Below are positions 31,553-41,752 of a DNA stretch of 64,000 nucleotides, one piece after another. The position numbers and the translations under genes are program-made. How positions within the stretch are numbered: position 1 is the first letter of the stretch; each line of letters begins with the position of its first letter. Under the pieces are notes generated by a model. It searched no databases. It saw only the letters and a list, made by a program, of their open reading frames with translations, and was not told the origin of the DNA. This stretch comes from a virus: positions 32,001 through 96,000 of IMG/VR virus record IMGVR_UViG_3300028840_004184; one strand, 5' to 3'.

Positions 31553-31990
31553 ATGCCTCATACGGCAGTTACATTACCCGGAAGTGGTACTGTCCCATCT
31601 ATTTATTCTTCTTTGCCCGGAGAGGAAGACTATGGCACTGTTGATGCTGTAACGCGTCGTGATGCTGATCCTATAGCCGTTATGAATGTCGAGGACTTCT
31701 CTGCTTTTTTGGGGCCTGGAGATACCCAAATTGTCACTGTGACCGGTGGTGGTGCGGCTGTTAAGTTGGATAAAGGGATAGTTAATAGGCGTGCTGTCGC
31801 TATTGTCAATACGCATGAAACCGCTATTCTATATGTAGGTTTTCGAGATACGATTACCACGAGTGCCGGTCCATTGGCTGGTTATCCTATCCTTCCTAGA
31901 ACCGGTATATCAATTAATTGTACTAATCGATATCAGATATGGGGTAGAAGTACCGCTAATATTGATGCGGGGATTATGGAGATAGCGTAA
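31553..31990 (+). CDS. small beta-rich putative virion protein
   Basis: GGAGG RBS; paralogue of 31091. Confidence 0.6.
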   Translation: MPHTAVTLPGSGTVPSIYSSLPGEEDYGTVDAVTRRDADPIAVMNVEDFSAFLGPGDTQIVTVTGGGAAVKLDKGIVNRRAVAIVNTHETAILYVGFRDTITTSAGPLAGYPILPRTGISINCTNRYQIWGRSTANIDAGIMEIA

Positions 31991-33480
31991 TGATTAATGG
32001 TGGTATGATTACTGTTGCTGGTGGAGGAGGCGGCGGTAGTGCCGCTGCTGGTAGTGGTATCATGTCTATAAATGGCGAAACTGGGCCAACCATAACTAAC
32101 CAAAGCTCTGATAATACCATAAACATCACTGTTCCATCAACTAATATTATAGATTATTCTTGTAGTGGTTTTGTTAGTGGTGTACAGCAACAAATAGAGG
32201 CGAAGCTTGCTGTGTCTGGGCAGACATTTTTGTCTGCTATCAATGCGTCTGGGCAAGTACTGTTGTCTGTTAATAGTGCGTCAGGCCAATACCTATGGAC
32301 ACAACTAAATGTATCTGGTCAGTATATTCTATCTAGTGTTGTGAGGTCAATTGGTGTCCAGGGTGGTGCCGATTTAAATGGTGACGTAGATCTTTTATCC
32401 ACTAGTGGGTTTATAATTATAGGTGATAATGCTGGTAGTAGTCCAGTATCTTTCGACGTAGATATACATGCCCTATCTGGGTTTTGGGGACTTGGTAGTC
32501 TCGGGGCTGGTAACGTTGCTTCGGTTGGTGTTTTGGGTGGTGCTGATCTAACGGGCGATATTGATTTTTCAGATCCAAGTGGATTCATAGTGTGGGGCGA
32601 TACCGCTGGTGCAAATCCGATTACTGCAAGCATTGACACCCATGCTCTTTCTGGGTTATGGGATCTAAATTTAATTAATTTAAATCGACAAGCCATTCAT
32701 TCTTCGGGGCAGGTATTATTATCCGAAAATAGTGCGTCGGGTCAGTATTTGTGGACACAACTAAAGGTATCAGGCCAGCAAATTTTGTCTAGTGTTGTAA
32801 GATCGATTGGTGTTCAAGGGGGGGCAAACCTGAGTGGTGATGTGGATCTTGTATCATCTAGTGGTTTTGTTGTCCTGGGTGATAACACTGGGACAAGCCC
32901 CATATCATTTGATGTTGATATTCATTCTTTGTCTGGTTTCTGGGGACTTGGAAGCCTTGGGGCTGGTAATGTTACTTCAGTGGGTGCTTTAGGCGGTGCT
33001 GATTTAACAGGTGACATTGATTTTTCTGATCCAAGCGGGTTTATTGTTTGGGGAGATACTGTTGGTGCTAGTCCAGTCACTGCTAGTGTTGATATCCATG
33101 CTCTTTCAGGTTTTTGGGGCTTGAGTCAGATTGATCTAAATAAACAGGCTGTAATAGCATCCGGGCAGGTATTGTTAAGTAATACTGCTGACCACAATAG
33201 CTTGGATGGACTTCAGGGTGGTACAGGCGGACAGTATTATCATCTTACGGAGGATGAACATAATAATACGGTGCCTCGTAAATATTATGGGTATTTTAAT
33301 AACTTTGGTAGTGGGTATTTTAATCATGGACTTAATACAAAGTTATTGACGTGGGGTGTATATGCCTCAGGCACAACCGTTGATGCCATCGAGCCGGATC
33401 AGTTTAGGGTCATGGATGAGGATCATATATTTTTAAAGTTCAATTCTGAAGAAACCGGCCTAGTTGTTATTATGGGGTAA
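31990..33480 (+). CDS. tail-fibre-like virion protein with Ser-Gly repeats
   Basis: Gly/Ser-rich, V.S(I/V)G..G..L.GD repeats, HNSLDGLQGG..YYHLT fibre motif. Confidence 0.65.
   Translation: MINGGMITVAGGGGGGSAAAGSGIMSINGETGPTITNQSSDNTINITVPSTNIIDYSCSGFVSGVQQQIEAKLAVSGQTFLSAINASGQVLLSVNSASGQYLWTQLNVSGQYILSSVVRSIGVQGGADLNGDVDLLSTSGFIIIGDNAGSSPVSFDVDIHALSGFWGLGSLGAGNVASVGVLGGADLTGDIDFSDPSGFIVWGDTAGANPITASIDTHALSGLWDLNLINLNRQAIHSSGQVLLSENSASGQYLWTQLKVSGQQILSSVVRSIGVQGGANLSGDVDLVSSSGFVVLGDNTGTSPISFDVDIHSLSGFWGLGSLGAGNVTSVGALGGADLTGDIDFSDPSGFIVWGDTVGASPVTASVDIHALSGFWGLSQIDLNKQAVIASGQVLLSNTADHNSLDGLQGGTGGQYYHLTEDEHNNTVPRKYYGYFNNFGSGYFNHGLNTKLLTWGVYASGTTVDAIEPDQFRVMDEDHIFLKFNSEETGLVVIMG
32248..33159 (+). 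repeat. 456-bp (152-aa) tandem duplication inside the fibre gene
   Basis: SGQVLLS recurs at 32248, 32704 and 33160, exactly 456 nt apart; diverged at synonymous sites. Confidence 0.85.
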
Positions 33481-33498
33481 ACATAAGATAGGAGTAAG

Positions 33499-34959
33499 AT
33501 GCATAAGTATATATTAACAATTATGTCTTTGCTTATACTGATGTGTGGTTTGGTACACGCTAGTGAGATCTGGGTCGATACAGATGGTGGTAATGATGAT
33601 AATGTAGGCACCAGAGAGTCGCCAATAAAGTCTCCTAATATTGCTGTGGGTAGACTCGGTGAAGGTGGTGGAATCGTACATATAAATGCTGATGGTTTCG
33701 CTCCATGTTACGAATCGTTACACCCTGGTATGATTATTTATGATAAAAATAATCCGCTTATTATAGATGGTCATAACAATACTATTTTTTATGGCTTTGA
33801 TGGTGATTTTGATGATTTTGACCCTATCAATCAGCCAGTTCGTAATTATCATGTTGTTGGTGTGATGGATTGTCACAATGTTATTTTTAAAAATTTCGAG
33901 ACATGGGGTGGTGTTACCCAAGCTTTTGGTTTAAATGATTCTTATCCAGATGTTGGTTTACATCATATCACTTTAGATAATATAACCGTTCGTTATGGCC
34001 GAGACCGTGGCATTTTTATGGGTGGGAGCAACATTTCTAACATAAAAATTCTTAATAGTCACATAACAGAAACAGCATATGGTGATGTGACGCACGGAAT
34101 TTATTTATCCGGTGGTATTTGGAGCGGAGACTATCCGCCGATTAGACATATTACTATAAAGAATACTACAGTAAGTTATTCAACTGGGCGACATGGTATC
34201 CAGCTTAATGGTCGTTTTGAGCATGTTATGATTGAAAATTGCTCTTTGTTTCATAATGAATTAGCTGGTATTAGTTTGATGGGGTGTAGGTTTGTAGAAG
34301 TAAAAGATTGTCTTATATACGGTAATCATAAACAAGGTATTGTTATATCTGACTATTTTGATGATCATTACTGGGACCCCGATGATGAGGCCAGCGTCAC
34401 TGATTGGCGTAGTAGTCATCATTCCAGTGGCTGGATGTATATACATCATAATACCATCGTAGTTGGTCCTACTCAATGGCATAGAGATGGTCATCACAAC
34501 AATATACCGGGTGGACATGGGTGTATAGCTATTAATAATGCCGCTAGAGCACAAATTATAGATTATGAAATGGGTCCATATTTTATATATAATAATATCC
34601 TATGGACTCCTGGGCCTGTTTCTCTTGCCCTAGGTAGTCAGTATAAGGGATACCATGGTGAAGCCAACATGCTTTATGTGCATAATAATATTGTGTGGTC
34701 TAGTGGGTCCGATGATAGTCCGTTGGTGGTGGTTCATAGGCATATGGGGCGATATTCTTATGATTTCCTTGAGGGTATATTGGGTAATTTTTTTATAAAC
34801 AATAGTGTTCATGATCCTGAATTTAATAAAATACCAGTATATGATTTCGTGGATCTAACAAAGCCACCCTATCGTTTCAATTGGTCAGAGCATATTTCGT
34901 CAGCAGATTTATTTTCTATAAAATGTAGAAAGTTGGGGATTGGTAGACGCAAGAGATAA
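33499..34959 (+). CDS. right-handed beta-helix (pectate-lyase-like) protein with signal peptide
   Basis: signal peptide; WVDTDGGNDDNVGT..P start; repeated I.NS.I / HGIY / NNI motifs. Confidence 0.75.
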   Translation: MHKYILTIMSLLILMCGLVHASEIWVDTDGGNDDNVGTRESPIKSPNIAVGRLGEGGGIVHINADGFAPCYESLHPGMIIYDKNNPLIIDGHNNTIFYGFDGDFDDFDPINQPVRNYHVVGVMDCHNVIFKNFETWGGVTQAFGLNDSYPDVGLHHITLDNITVRYGRDRGIFMGGSNISNIKILNSHITETAYGDVTHGIYLSGGIWSGDYPPIRHITIKNTTVSYSTGRHGIQLNGRFEHVMIENCSLFHNELAGISLMGCRFVEVKDCLIYGNHKQGIVISDYFDDHYWDPDDEASVTDWRSSHHSSGWMYIHHNTIVVGPTQWHRDGHHNNIPGGHGCIAINNAARAQIIDYEMGPYFIYNNILWTPGPVSLALGSQYKGYHGEANMLYVHNNIVWSSGSDDSPLVVVHRHMGRYSYDFLEGILGNFFINNSVHDPEFNKIPVYDFVDLTKPPYRFNWSEHISSADLFSIKCRKLGIGRRKR

Positions 34960-34963
34960 TTTA

Positions 34964-34974
34964 TTAGTGTATAT
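34964..34974 (+). promoter_or_regulatory. TTAGTGTATAT motif
   Basis: exact copy upstream of fibre gene 35016. Confidence 0.55.
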
Positions 34975-35015
34975 TGATGAGAAAGAGCCTTTTAAAACAC
35001 ATAAGGGACAGATAG

Positions 35016-37190
35016 ATGATACGTAATGGCAATATTATACCTAGGGCTAGTGGTCACCCAGAGGGGTCTGTGCTTGGTAATGCATGGACGCCGTGGGGCG
35101 AAGTGCATATGGAAAGCGGTGTTTTCCATAACCTAGTTGGTGTATCACAATCTGGTGTTATAAGATTTGATCCTTACAATAATGGTCTTGAGTTTAGTAA
35201 TGATGGTGGAAAAACATTCGATAGTTTTGGTAAAATCACCAGCCTGGGTGTTATTGGCGATGCAGACCTAACCGGAGATATAGATCTTTCAGTACCAAAT
35301 AGTGGTTTTATGACTATTCAGGATACTGGTGATGCCAGCCCATTATCTTTCGCCGTAGATCATTTAGGTTTGTCTGGCCTATGGAGATTCCCGACTCAAG
35401 GCCTTAGTAACGTAGTTAATAATATAAGACAAATCGGAAATACTCCGTTACAGGGTGTTGTCAATTTCCAAACCAAGTCTAGCGGCTTCATGTCAATTAC
35501 GCAAAATGGTCAAAATCTCCAGTGGCAGGTTGATTACCATGCACTTTCGGGACTATGGGGCTTATCACCCAGTAGTGGTATCGCCGCCGTAAATCAGCAG
35601 GATGGTCAATATTTAACCTTAATAGGTGATGACTCTGTTTCTATAGAAAACCCCGCTGATGACGTTATACAGGTCGTGTGTAGCGGTATAACTTCTTCAG
35701 GCGAGGTCAACTTTTTGCCTACGACCATGATGACGGTTTCTGGACAAAAGGTTCAGTATGATATGCATCATCCGGCTGGTAATGCTGTGACGTATCGTTT
35801 TTATGACTGGAGTACATTTGGGCATTATCGTGTTGGTAATGACAACGATCCTGATTATCATGGTTCACCTTTTACATTACACCAAACATCTAAAGGAACT
35901 ATAGAACAGAGGGCTATGTTATGGATTTACAATTTAGTTAGAGTAGATCCTAACGACATTGCCGCTGGTTATTATGGCTGGGTTATGGAAAACCATAACG
36001 TACAGATTAATACTGTGGCTGGTCAGAGGCCGATTGTTGCTCAACCTACCGTAGGTTTGTCAAGCGGTATAGCTACTTTTGACGGAGAAGGAGTTCTTCC
36101 TTACAACCATGTTTCTGGTATACAGTCCACGAGAGATATACGTTTGGAAGCCACCGATAATATCTATATGTTTACCATGTTGGGTAATCGTCCCGAAGTT
36201 AATGGTAGCGGGATAGCGTTGCTTGGTGAACCAAGAGTGTTATCATCTATAAACGATGAAGATGGTCCTGATATTGATATCATAGGAGATGACTCTATTT
36301 CGATAGATGTTCCGGCAAGTGATGTTATCCAAGTTATATGTAGTGGTGTTGCTTCGTCTGGTACTTTGTTGCTTGATGCTACGCAGAATTTCGACACTAT
36401 GGCTGGGGGAAATGTTCTTCATTCTGGTGCTGGAAATTTTAAGACTTATGTTTACAATAAAAATTATTCGATTGGTGAGGCATCTGGTGTTGATAACTAT
36501 GATATCACTAAGACCCCCACTAATATATACGGGTTCGCTACATCTAGTGTACGACTAGATGCTCTTAACATATACCTTTATCCTCAAACCAATTTACACG
36601 TTGGTCATAGTAGTAAACTTAAAGATAAAACACCATGGAATATTAATTTTTACACACGTAATCAATTCAGACTATTTTATGATGGTGCCCAAATAACAGT
36701 TAATAACAAGAGACTCCCCGAGGGGTACGGCCAATTCTATGCTTATATGAGTGCTGCCAATTCTGGTATTCCAACTTTAATATCTGGTAATAGGGGCGTT
36801 ATTCCATGGGGTGCTGAAGAAATAGAAGATTCTGACTATTTCACGCATGCTACAGCGTGGCCAGGATACAACACCCATGTTTATGTAGATAGAGATGGTG
36901 TGTATGAGATCACATATACTGTTACTACTGATATATCTGTTGGTACGACAAGAACTGGTTGTCGAGGTCAGTGCAAAATAAATAATACAACATTAGTTCC
37001 TGGATCAACAACCTATACTTATAATAGAACTTTGGGTGCTGGTAAAGACACAATGACATGGAAGGGTACTCAGGAATTAAATAGTGGGGACTCCATAACT
37101 GTCGAGGTGGTGGAGTATGGTAATTCAACTAACTGTGTAGCCGTTCAAGGGGCATGTTCTATACATGTAAAATGGGTCAGAGATAGTTAA
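35016..37190 (+). CDS. tail-fibre / receptor-binding-like protein with C-terminal C1q/BclA-like domain
   Basis: shares GDADLTGDID..SGF...H.LSGLW repeat with 31990; C-terminal DGVYEITY...LNSGDSI.V pattern. Confidence 0.65.
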   Translation: MIRNGNIIPRASGHPEGSVLGNAWTPWGEVHMESGVFHNLVGVSQSGVIRFDPYNNGLEFSNDGGKTFDSFGKITSLGVIGDADLTGDIDLSVPNSGFMTIQDTGDASPLSFAVDHLGLSGLWRFPTQGLSNVVNNIRQIGNTPLQGVVNFQTKSSGFMSITQNGQNLQWQVDYHALSGLWGLSPSSGIAAVNQQDGQYLTLIGDDSVSIENPADDVIQVVCSGITSSGEVNFLPTTMMTVSGQKVQYDMHHPAGNAVTYRFYDWSTFGHYRVGNDNDPDYHGSPFTLHQTSKGTIEQRAMLWIYNLVRVDPNDIAAGYYGWVMENHNVQINTVAGQRPIVAQPTVGLSSGIATFDGEGVLPYNHVSGIQSTRDIRLEATDNIYMFTMLGNRPEVNGSGIALLGEPRVLSSINDEDGPDIDIIGDDSISIDVPASDVIQVICSGVASSGTLLLDATQNFDTMAGGNVLHSGAGNFKTYVYNKNYSIGEASGVDNYDITKTPTNIYGFATSSVRLDALNIYLYPQTNLHVGHSSKLKDKTPWNINFYTRNQFRLFYDGAQITVNNKRLPEGYGQFYAYMSAANSGIPTLISGNRGVIPWGAEEIEDSDYFTHATAWPGYNTHVYVDRDGVYEITYTVTTDISVGTTRTGCRGQCKINNTTLVPGSTTYTYNRTLGAGKDTMTWKGTQELNSGDSITVEVVEYGNSTNCVAVQGACSIHVKWVRDS

Positions 37191-37210
37191 TTGGAAGGGT
37201 GTAATTTATA

Positions 37211-37579
37211 ATGTCTGATGAAAAAAAGACCGCACTTAGCGGCACTCCGTGTGATGATTGTCGAGTGCATGATACTTTGTGTTTGCGTGTAGATTACGTG
37301 GAAAGCGATCACGAGGATCTGAGGGAGAGTCACAACGAAGGAAAAAGAGTTATATGGCAAAGTATTAATAAGTTAAACGACGAGAAGGTTAGTTTCAGAA
37401 ACTTCAAGATGTTCATGTCCTTAATTGTAGCTCTTCTTTTATTGGGTGCTGGATTAATTGTAGAAACTCGCGTGGCTGTGGTTAAGGAGTTAAGCGAGAT
37501 ACGCAAAGAGTTGAATGGAAAGATAGAGACGACTAAGGCGATCGAAGGCAAGGAGATAAAATTGAAGCCAGGGGAATAA
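37211..37579 (+). CDS. single-pass membrane coiled-coil protein (holin-like?)
   Basis: one hydrophobic segment after a coiled coil, last gene of structural block. Confidence 0.45.
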   Translation: MSDEKKTALSGTPCDDCRVHDTLCLRVDYVESDHEDLRESHNEGKRVIWQSINKLNDEKVSFRNFKMFMSLIVALLLLGAGLIVETRVAVVKELSEIRKELNGKIETTKAIEGKEIKLKPGE

Positions 37580-37591
37580 AGAGGGAGGTTG

Positions 37592-37625
37592 TACCGCCTA
37601 CAGAATTGTAGGCGGTATTTTTTTT
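37592..37625 (+). terminator. intrinsic terminator between convergent blocks
   Basis: TACCGCCTACA-GAAT-TGTAGGCGGTA followed by T8. Confidence 0.85.
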
Positions 37626-38604
37626 ACCCGTCTAAAACTACTAGTGTATTGTTGTTTGCATCAGAGCCCATCCTAGCATTTCCTTTGTCCGATAATTCTC
37701 TGCCCCTTGAAGTTATTTTAATATACCCCTTCTGCAAAAGAAACGGCTCTACTAATGTTATTATATCTTCTTCGGGTAGCCCAGACATAGCCACGATGCT
37801 TTTTAAGCCAGACACACCGTGTTCTCTCAGTATAGACATACACAAGAGGTCTTCTTTTGTGCATCCGTCTTCTTCGATGCTATATATATTGCAAAATGCC
37901 TTAAAGTGATCCATGGTAATCTTTTTTGCATTATTCATATCCAGAAACGCGGCGAATGTCTTAAGACGCCCCTTTGCTCCTCTAGGGTTTCTCCCTATCC
38001 TGGAGAGAGCTATCATTACATTATTCGGGATATCGAGATTGGTGTTTCTTTTAATGATTTCCACCATTTCATCTTCGGTATAGTCATCAAATGTTATTTT
38101 CATGATCCTGTCGAGGATGGTGTCTCTTAAGCATCCACGATGAGTAGTCCCAAGGATAAAGGAAATATTAGTAGGTAAAACAGCTTTAATTATATCTCCC
38201 TTTTGAAAAGTTTTTGTTTTGCCGCTTTCCGTGTTATAGGTTTTCTTTGTGGGACTAGAAAAACATAATGTAGCAGGTTCTTCAAGTACAGACAGAAGGT
38301 TTTCCTGTATGCCCTTTGGTAACTCGTGTGCCTCGTCCAGGAATACTAAAAAATGCTTGTGTGGGTTGGATCTGGCCTTATTTATGTCTTTGAGAAAGGC
38401 CATAGGGGTTTCAACAGACGTGGAGTTAATATAAATAAGCTCAGCCCCCATCTCTTCTGCTATTAATTCGCTTATGAAGGATTTACCCATGCCCTTAGTA
38501 GCGAATATACCAAGGTGAGGCATCTTTCCCATAGATCCCTCGTGGATAGCAATCCTAAGCTGCATTTTTACTCGGTCCTGTCCAACGAATTTCTCAAATG
38601 GCAT
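37624..38604 (-). CDS. ruvB: Holliday junction branch migration helicase RuvB-like
   Basis: FEKFVGQ, Walker A GMGKS, FLDEAH, GTT, EPFLLQKGYI..T.RGR. Confidence 0.88.
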   Translation of the reverse strand: MPFEKFVGQDRVKMQLRIAIHEGSMGKMPHLGIFATKGMGKSFISELIAEEMGAELIYINSTSVETPMAFLKDINKARSNPHKHFLVFLDEAHELPKGIQENLLSVLEEPATLCFSSPTKKTYNTESGKTKTFQKGDIIKAVLPTNISFILGTTHRGCLRDTILDRIMKITFDDYTEDEMVEIIKRNTNLDIPNNVMIALSRIGRNPRGAKGRLKTFAAFLDMNNAKKITMDHFKAFCNIYSIEEDGCTKEDLLCMSILREHGVSGLKSIVAMSGLPEEDIITLVEPFLLQKGYIKITSRGRELSDKGNARMGSDANNNTLVVLDG

Positions 38605-38630
38605 TTCAACGTTCCTTTAAAATTAACCGA

Positions 38631-39230
38631 CTATTTATTAAGTATAGCTATGACCTTCTCCCAGTGGGATCTGGCTTTTGCGGCAACTTCTTTATCCTTT
38701 TGTTTACGGAGCAAGTATGAAGGATGATATGAAAACGCAACAGGGCATTTAAAATCGTCTATCGCGATCTCATGACTTGTATCACATAGCTCGCCTAGAT
38801 TATCCACCTTATCTTGACCTATAAGGGCCTTAGCAGCAGCAGCACCGAGTCCTAGAATAACCTTGGGTTTTATAAGATAAATTTGACACATTAGCCTACG
38901 ATTGCAGGCCAAGATCTCTTCATTAAAGAGCGGTGTTCTGTTACCAGGAGGGCGACACAGAACTGTATTTGTAATATAGGTATTTTTGTCTCGTTCCAAC
39001 TTAAAGAATTTCAGTATTTCATCAAGCTTTTTCCCCGCCCTTCCTACGAAAGGTATGCCCTGTTCATCTTCATTTTGGCCGGGGGCTTCACCGACAATAA
39101 ACAGGGGGGCGAATACATTGCCCTCCCCGAGCACTATATTTTTTCTTACGGAGCTAAGTTCACAATTTTTACATGAAGAAGCTGCTTCTTTAAACAGATT
39201 ATGCAATGTTTGTTTTGCTGAGAAATCCAT
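38631..39230 (-). CDS. uracil-DNA glycosylase family 4
   Basis: CxxC, VGEAPG..ED..G.PFVG, CRPP.NR.P, HPSYLLR. Confidence 0.93.
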   Translation of the reverse strand: MDFSAKQTLHNLFKEAASSCKNCELSSVRKNIVLGEGNVFAPLFIVGEAPGQNEDEQGIPFVGRAGKKLDEILKFFKLERDKNTYITNTVLCRPPGNRTPLFNEEILACNRRLMCQIYLIKPKVILGLGAAAAKALIGQDKVDNLGELCDTSHEIAIDDFKCPVAFSYHPSYLLRKQKDKEVAAKARSHWEKVIAILNK

Positions 39231-39251
39231 ATGTTGTTTCCTTAAAATGAA

Positions 39252-39506
39252 TTATCGTCTTTTCCTATTGTTTCCTACTCTGTATGGGGGAATTGTTTTG
39301 TTGTATCTTGGCGAATGATTGTCGGGTATACGTCGATCATGCTCATCTATTTCATTGCAATTCGTACACTTTGATATAGATGATGGTAGTATCGACACGA
39401 GATCTCCCGGCTTCAGTTCTATCCTATTTCCTTTATACCACTGAGATCCGCACTTTTTACATTCAACTAGACTCAGTGTTTTCGGTGGCATTTGATTCAT
39501 CTTCAC
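39252..39506 (-). CDS. hypothetical zinc-ribbon protein
   Basis: CKKC...CTNC. Confidence 0.5.
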   Translation of the reverse strand: MKMNQMPPKTLSLVECKKCGSQWYKGNRIELKPGDLVSILPSSISKCTNCNEIDEHDRRIPDNHSPRYNKTIPPYRVGNNRKRR

Positions 39507-39891
39507 TCATCTCCATTATAATACGTGCTGCCATCTCTGTCAAGACATTTTTACTTTTTGGTGAAAAATTTTTGAACTGCCTTACGGTATGATTATTGCT
39601 TGGTAGTACTTTCATTTTGCGTTTTAGTGTTTTATTTCCTATATTTTTTTCATTATATCTGAATACTGGTATAGCGGCTTTCTTGTTAACAAGATGTATG
39701 GCCATAGCCACAATATCTTTGTTCTCTTTTAAAATTTCCGATATATGTTCCTTAAAATTGTCTATTTTACAATATGTTGTATTGTTTCGCTTTTTTTTAG
39801 TATTATATTTGATCTGGATTTTTGTGTCGGGTTCGACTCGTGCATCCCTTTTTAGACTTTCATAGAAGCCTGATAGGTTTTCCCACTTCAT
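39463..39891 (-). CDS. hypothetical protein
   Basis: GGAG RBS on minus strand. Confidence 0.55.
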   Translation of the reverse strand: MKWENLSGFYESLKRDARVEPDTKIQIKYNTKKKRNNTTYCKIDNFKEHISEILKENKDIVAMAIHLVNKKAAIPVFRYNEKNIGNKTLKRKMKVLPSNNHTVRQFKNFSPKSKNVLTEMAARIIMEMSEDESNATENTESS

Positions 39892-39911
39892 GTATTTCGT
39901 ACTCCACAGAA

Positions 39912-40190
39912 TTACTTTTCGTATGTCGTTAATTCAGAATTTAATGTTGCTATAATATCAAGTAGGTCGTGTTCTAATGCAAAACCTAAAGCTTCTTGTT
40001 TGGTAATCAATTGCCATTGACCTCCTCCCGCCCCTGAGTTCCAGTGTCTTACCCAGTTGTTTTTTACTGTTCTATAAAATGTGAATGTTTGTCCTCCTAT
40101 ATTATATGGTATATATTGGGTAGCTGATATAATGTCAAACCACCATTTTTTTCCTGTTGAATCTGTTATAACTTGTTCTATATGTGCCAC
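39912..40190 (-). CDS. hypothetical protein
   Basis: GGAGG RBS; preceded by TTAGTGTATAT motif. Confidence 0.6.
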   Translation of the reverse strand: MAHIEQVITDSTGKKWWFDIISATQYIPYNIGGQTFTFYRTVKNNWVRHWNSGAGGGQWQLITKQEALGFALEHDLLDIIATLNSELTTYEK

Positions 40191-40228
40191 TTTTCTTGCC
40201 TCCTTTCACATATGTTATTTCCTAATGA

Positions 40229-40239
40229 ATATACACTAA
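40229..40239 (-). promoter_or_regulatory. TTAGTGTATAT motif
   Basis: exact copy on minus strand upstream of 40190. Confidence 0.5.
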
Positions 40240-40259
40240 AAGGAAGCTTCAGTTAAATT

Positions 40260-40469
40260 TTAATCGTCTGTGACAATGAAACCGTAGTCGTGATCTTCGT
40301 CTACCATATCTATCAAAAAACCATCATCTACTACCTGTTCGTCTAGTTGGAGGGCCTCAGTTTGCTCTTCTTCTGCTTTTTTATTATAGTAGTCTATGAT
40401 CTTACTTAGTATATATAATATCACGAATATGGCGAATATATAGAACGCTATGTGGTCTGAAGTTATCAT
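40260..40469 (-). CDS. small membrane protein
   Basis: N-terminal TM helix, acidic tail. Confidence 0.55.
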   Translation of the reverse strand: MITSDHIAFYIFAIFVILYILSKIIDYYNKKAEEEQTEALQLDEQVVDDGFLIDMVDEDHDYGFIVTDD

Positions 40470-40472
40470 TGC

Positions 40473-40679
40473 TCAAACGCCGCAGGGCTTCTGCGGTCTC
40501 CTTTTTTCTTTCCCTCTACGTGGGCATTTATCTGCTTTTACCAGTTTGTAGCAGAATGGCATATTTTCTGTGCCACGGTAAATTCCCCCACGAGATATGC
40601 CATATTTACAGTGACATTTTTTATGCCAGGGGCATGCTGGTACCCTATATTCGCATTTTCTTATTCTTATATTACTCAC
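40473..40679 (-). CDS. Cys-rich hypothetical protein
   Basis: coupled overlap with 40676. Confidence 0.45.
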   Translation of the reverse strand: MSNIRIRKCEYRVPACPWHKKCHCKYGISRGGIYRGTENMPFCYKLVKADKCPRRGKEKRRPQKPCGV

Positions 40680-41155
40680 TTTTGTAAGTCACTCCACTGT
40701 AGTAAGTTAATCGGTACTTTGTACGCAGGTTTGTTGCCTGCCGTGAACCATTTGACCAGTTCGCATCTTGCTGCTATCACTTTACATTGTCTAACCCCTA
40801 TTAAGGTAAACTTAGGTACGTTTTCTTTCCATCCGTTTACCATAAGAATTTGGGCCTTTTTACGTATGCATGTATGAAGCTTACCCTCCTTAAGATGAAA
40901 ATGGGTTGGGCACATTGGATTAGCATACTGAATTTCCACCAAGCCAAGTTTTTCTATTTCGTAGTCTGGGTCTGTGGTGACGTTTTTATTGTTTCTGATA
41001 AATCTGCCGCTATTGTCTGACCCTTTGTCCCAATATTTTAGGTCGGTTTTGCCAATTGTTTTAAGCCAGCATTTCAGTATAGTCACCTGATCTCGGGTGC
41101 TCCGCTTAATGTCTTTTCTAAACTCCTCTTCGGTCCTTCTATCAAATCTACTCAT
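40676..41155 (-). CDS. hypothetical protein, possible PD-(D/E)xK nuclease
   Basis: DPDY...LVEIQ. Confidence 0.45.
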   Translation of the reverse strand: MSRFDRRTEEEFRKDIKRSTRDQVTILKCWLKTIGKTDLKYWDKGSDNSGRFIRNNKNVTTDPDYEIEKLGLVEIQYANPMCPTHFHLKEGKLHTCIRKKAQILMVNGWKENVPKFTLIGVRQCKVIAARCELVKWFTAGNKPAYKVPINLLQWSDLQK

Positions 41156-41251
41156 ATTATACCTTCTTTTCCTGTAAAGTCAAGGAAGTTTTGCCCAGAA
41201 TTTTTAAGTCCTGGGCAAATACTGTTCTACCTTACGAGATTTTAACCGAAC

Positions 41252-41752
41252 TTATTCGTCGAAAAATGGAGATGATTCATTATTTCCCACATGTTCGTTC
41301 GCTATAAGTGGAGAATCTTGGGTCGCGGTTACAACATCAACTCCCTGTTCCTCTTGAGTTTCGGCCAATACGGGGGTGTCGGCCTGGGGCTGGACAAGAT
41401 CCTGTATGTGTGATAGATTAAGATTTACTTTGTTCCCTCCGAGTGCCTCAACCTTGTTGTTAAGATTAGTGAAAGTCTCGAAGGTTTTTTTGGGATCATC
41501 AATGCTTGTCACATCCCGAAGTGCCTGTTTAGCATCTTGAACTGCTTTGCTTAGTTTGTTCATTTTTTCAAGGATGATCACGATATTTTTCCGCTGTTGT
41601 GTAGCCTTTTTTAATTCGGCTGGAGACTTGTGTTTTTGCTCAATGCTTTCAATTAGGGCCACAGCACGGGGGTCGTTCTTTTCCCAACCAGCAGCTTCAA
41701 TAACTCGCTTGGCTCGATCGAGGTCGATTACTCGTTTGGTTCTTCGCTTCAT
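41252..41752 (-). CDS. hypothetical coiled-coil protein
   Basis: AGGAG RBS. Confidence 0.6.
   Translation of the reverse strand: MKRRTKRVIDLDRAKRVIEAAGWEKNDPRAVALIESIEQKHKSPAELKKATQQRKNIVIILEKMNKLSKAVQDAKQALRDVTSIDDPKKTFETFTNLNNKVEALGGNKVNLNLSHIQDLVQPQADTPVLAETQEEQGVDVVTATQDSPLIANEHVGNNESSPFFDE

Noticed and set aside
37624-38604. Orphan ruvB as a novelty
   Set aside because: ruvA/ruvC could lie outside the window; cannot be judged here
41156-41183. Minus-strand TTGACT-16-TATAAT as promoter for ORF 41155
   Set aside because: The -10 box directly abuts the ATG, so it cannot transcribe that start codon; function uncertain
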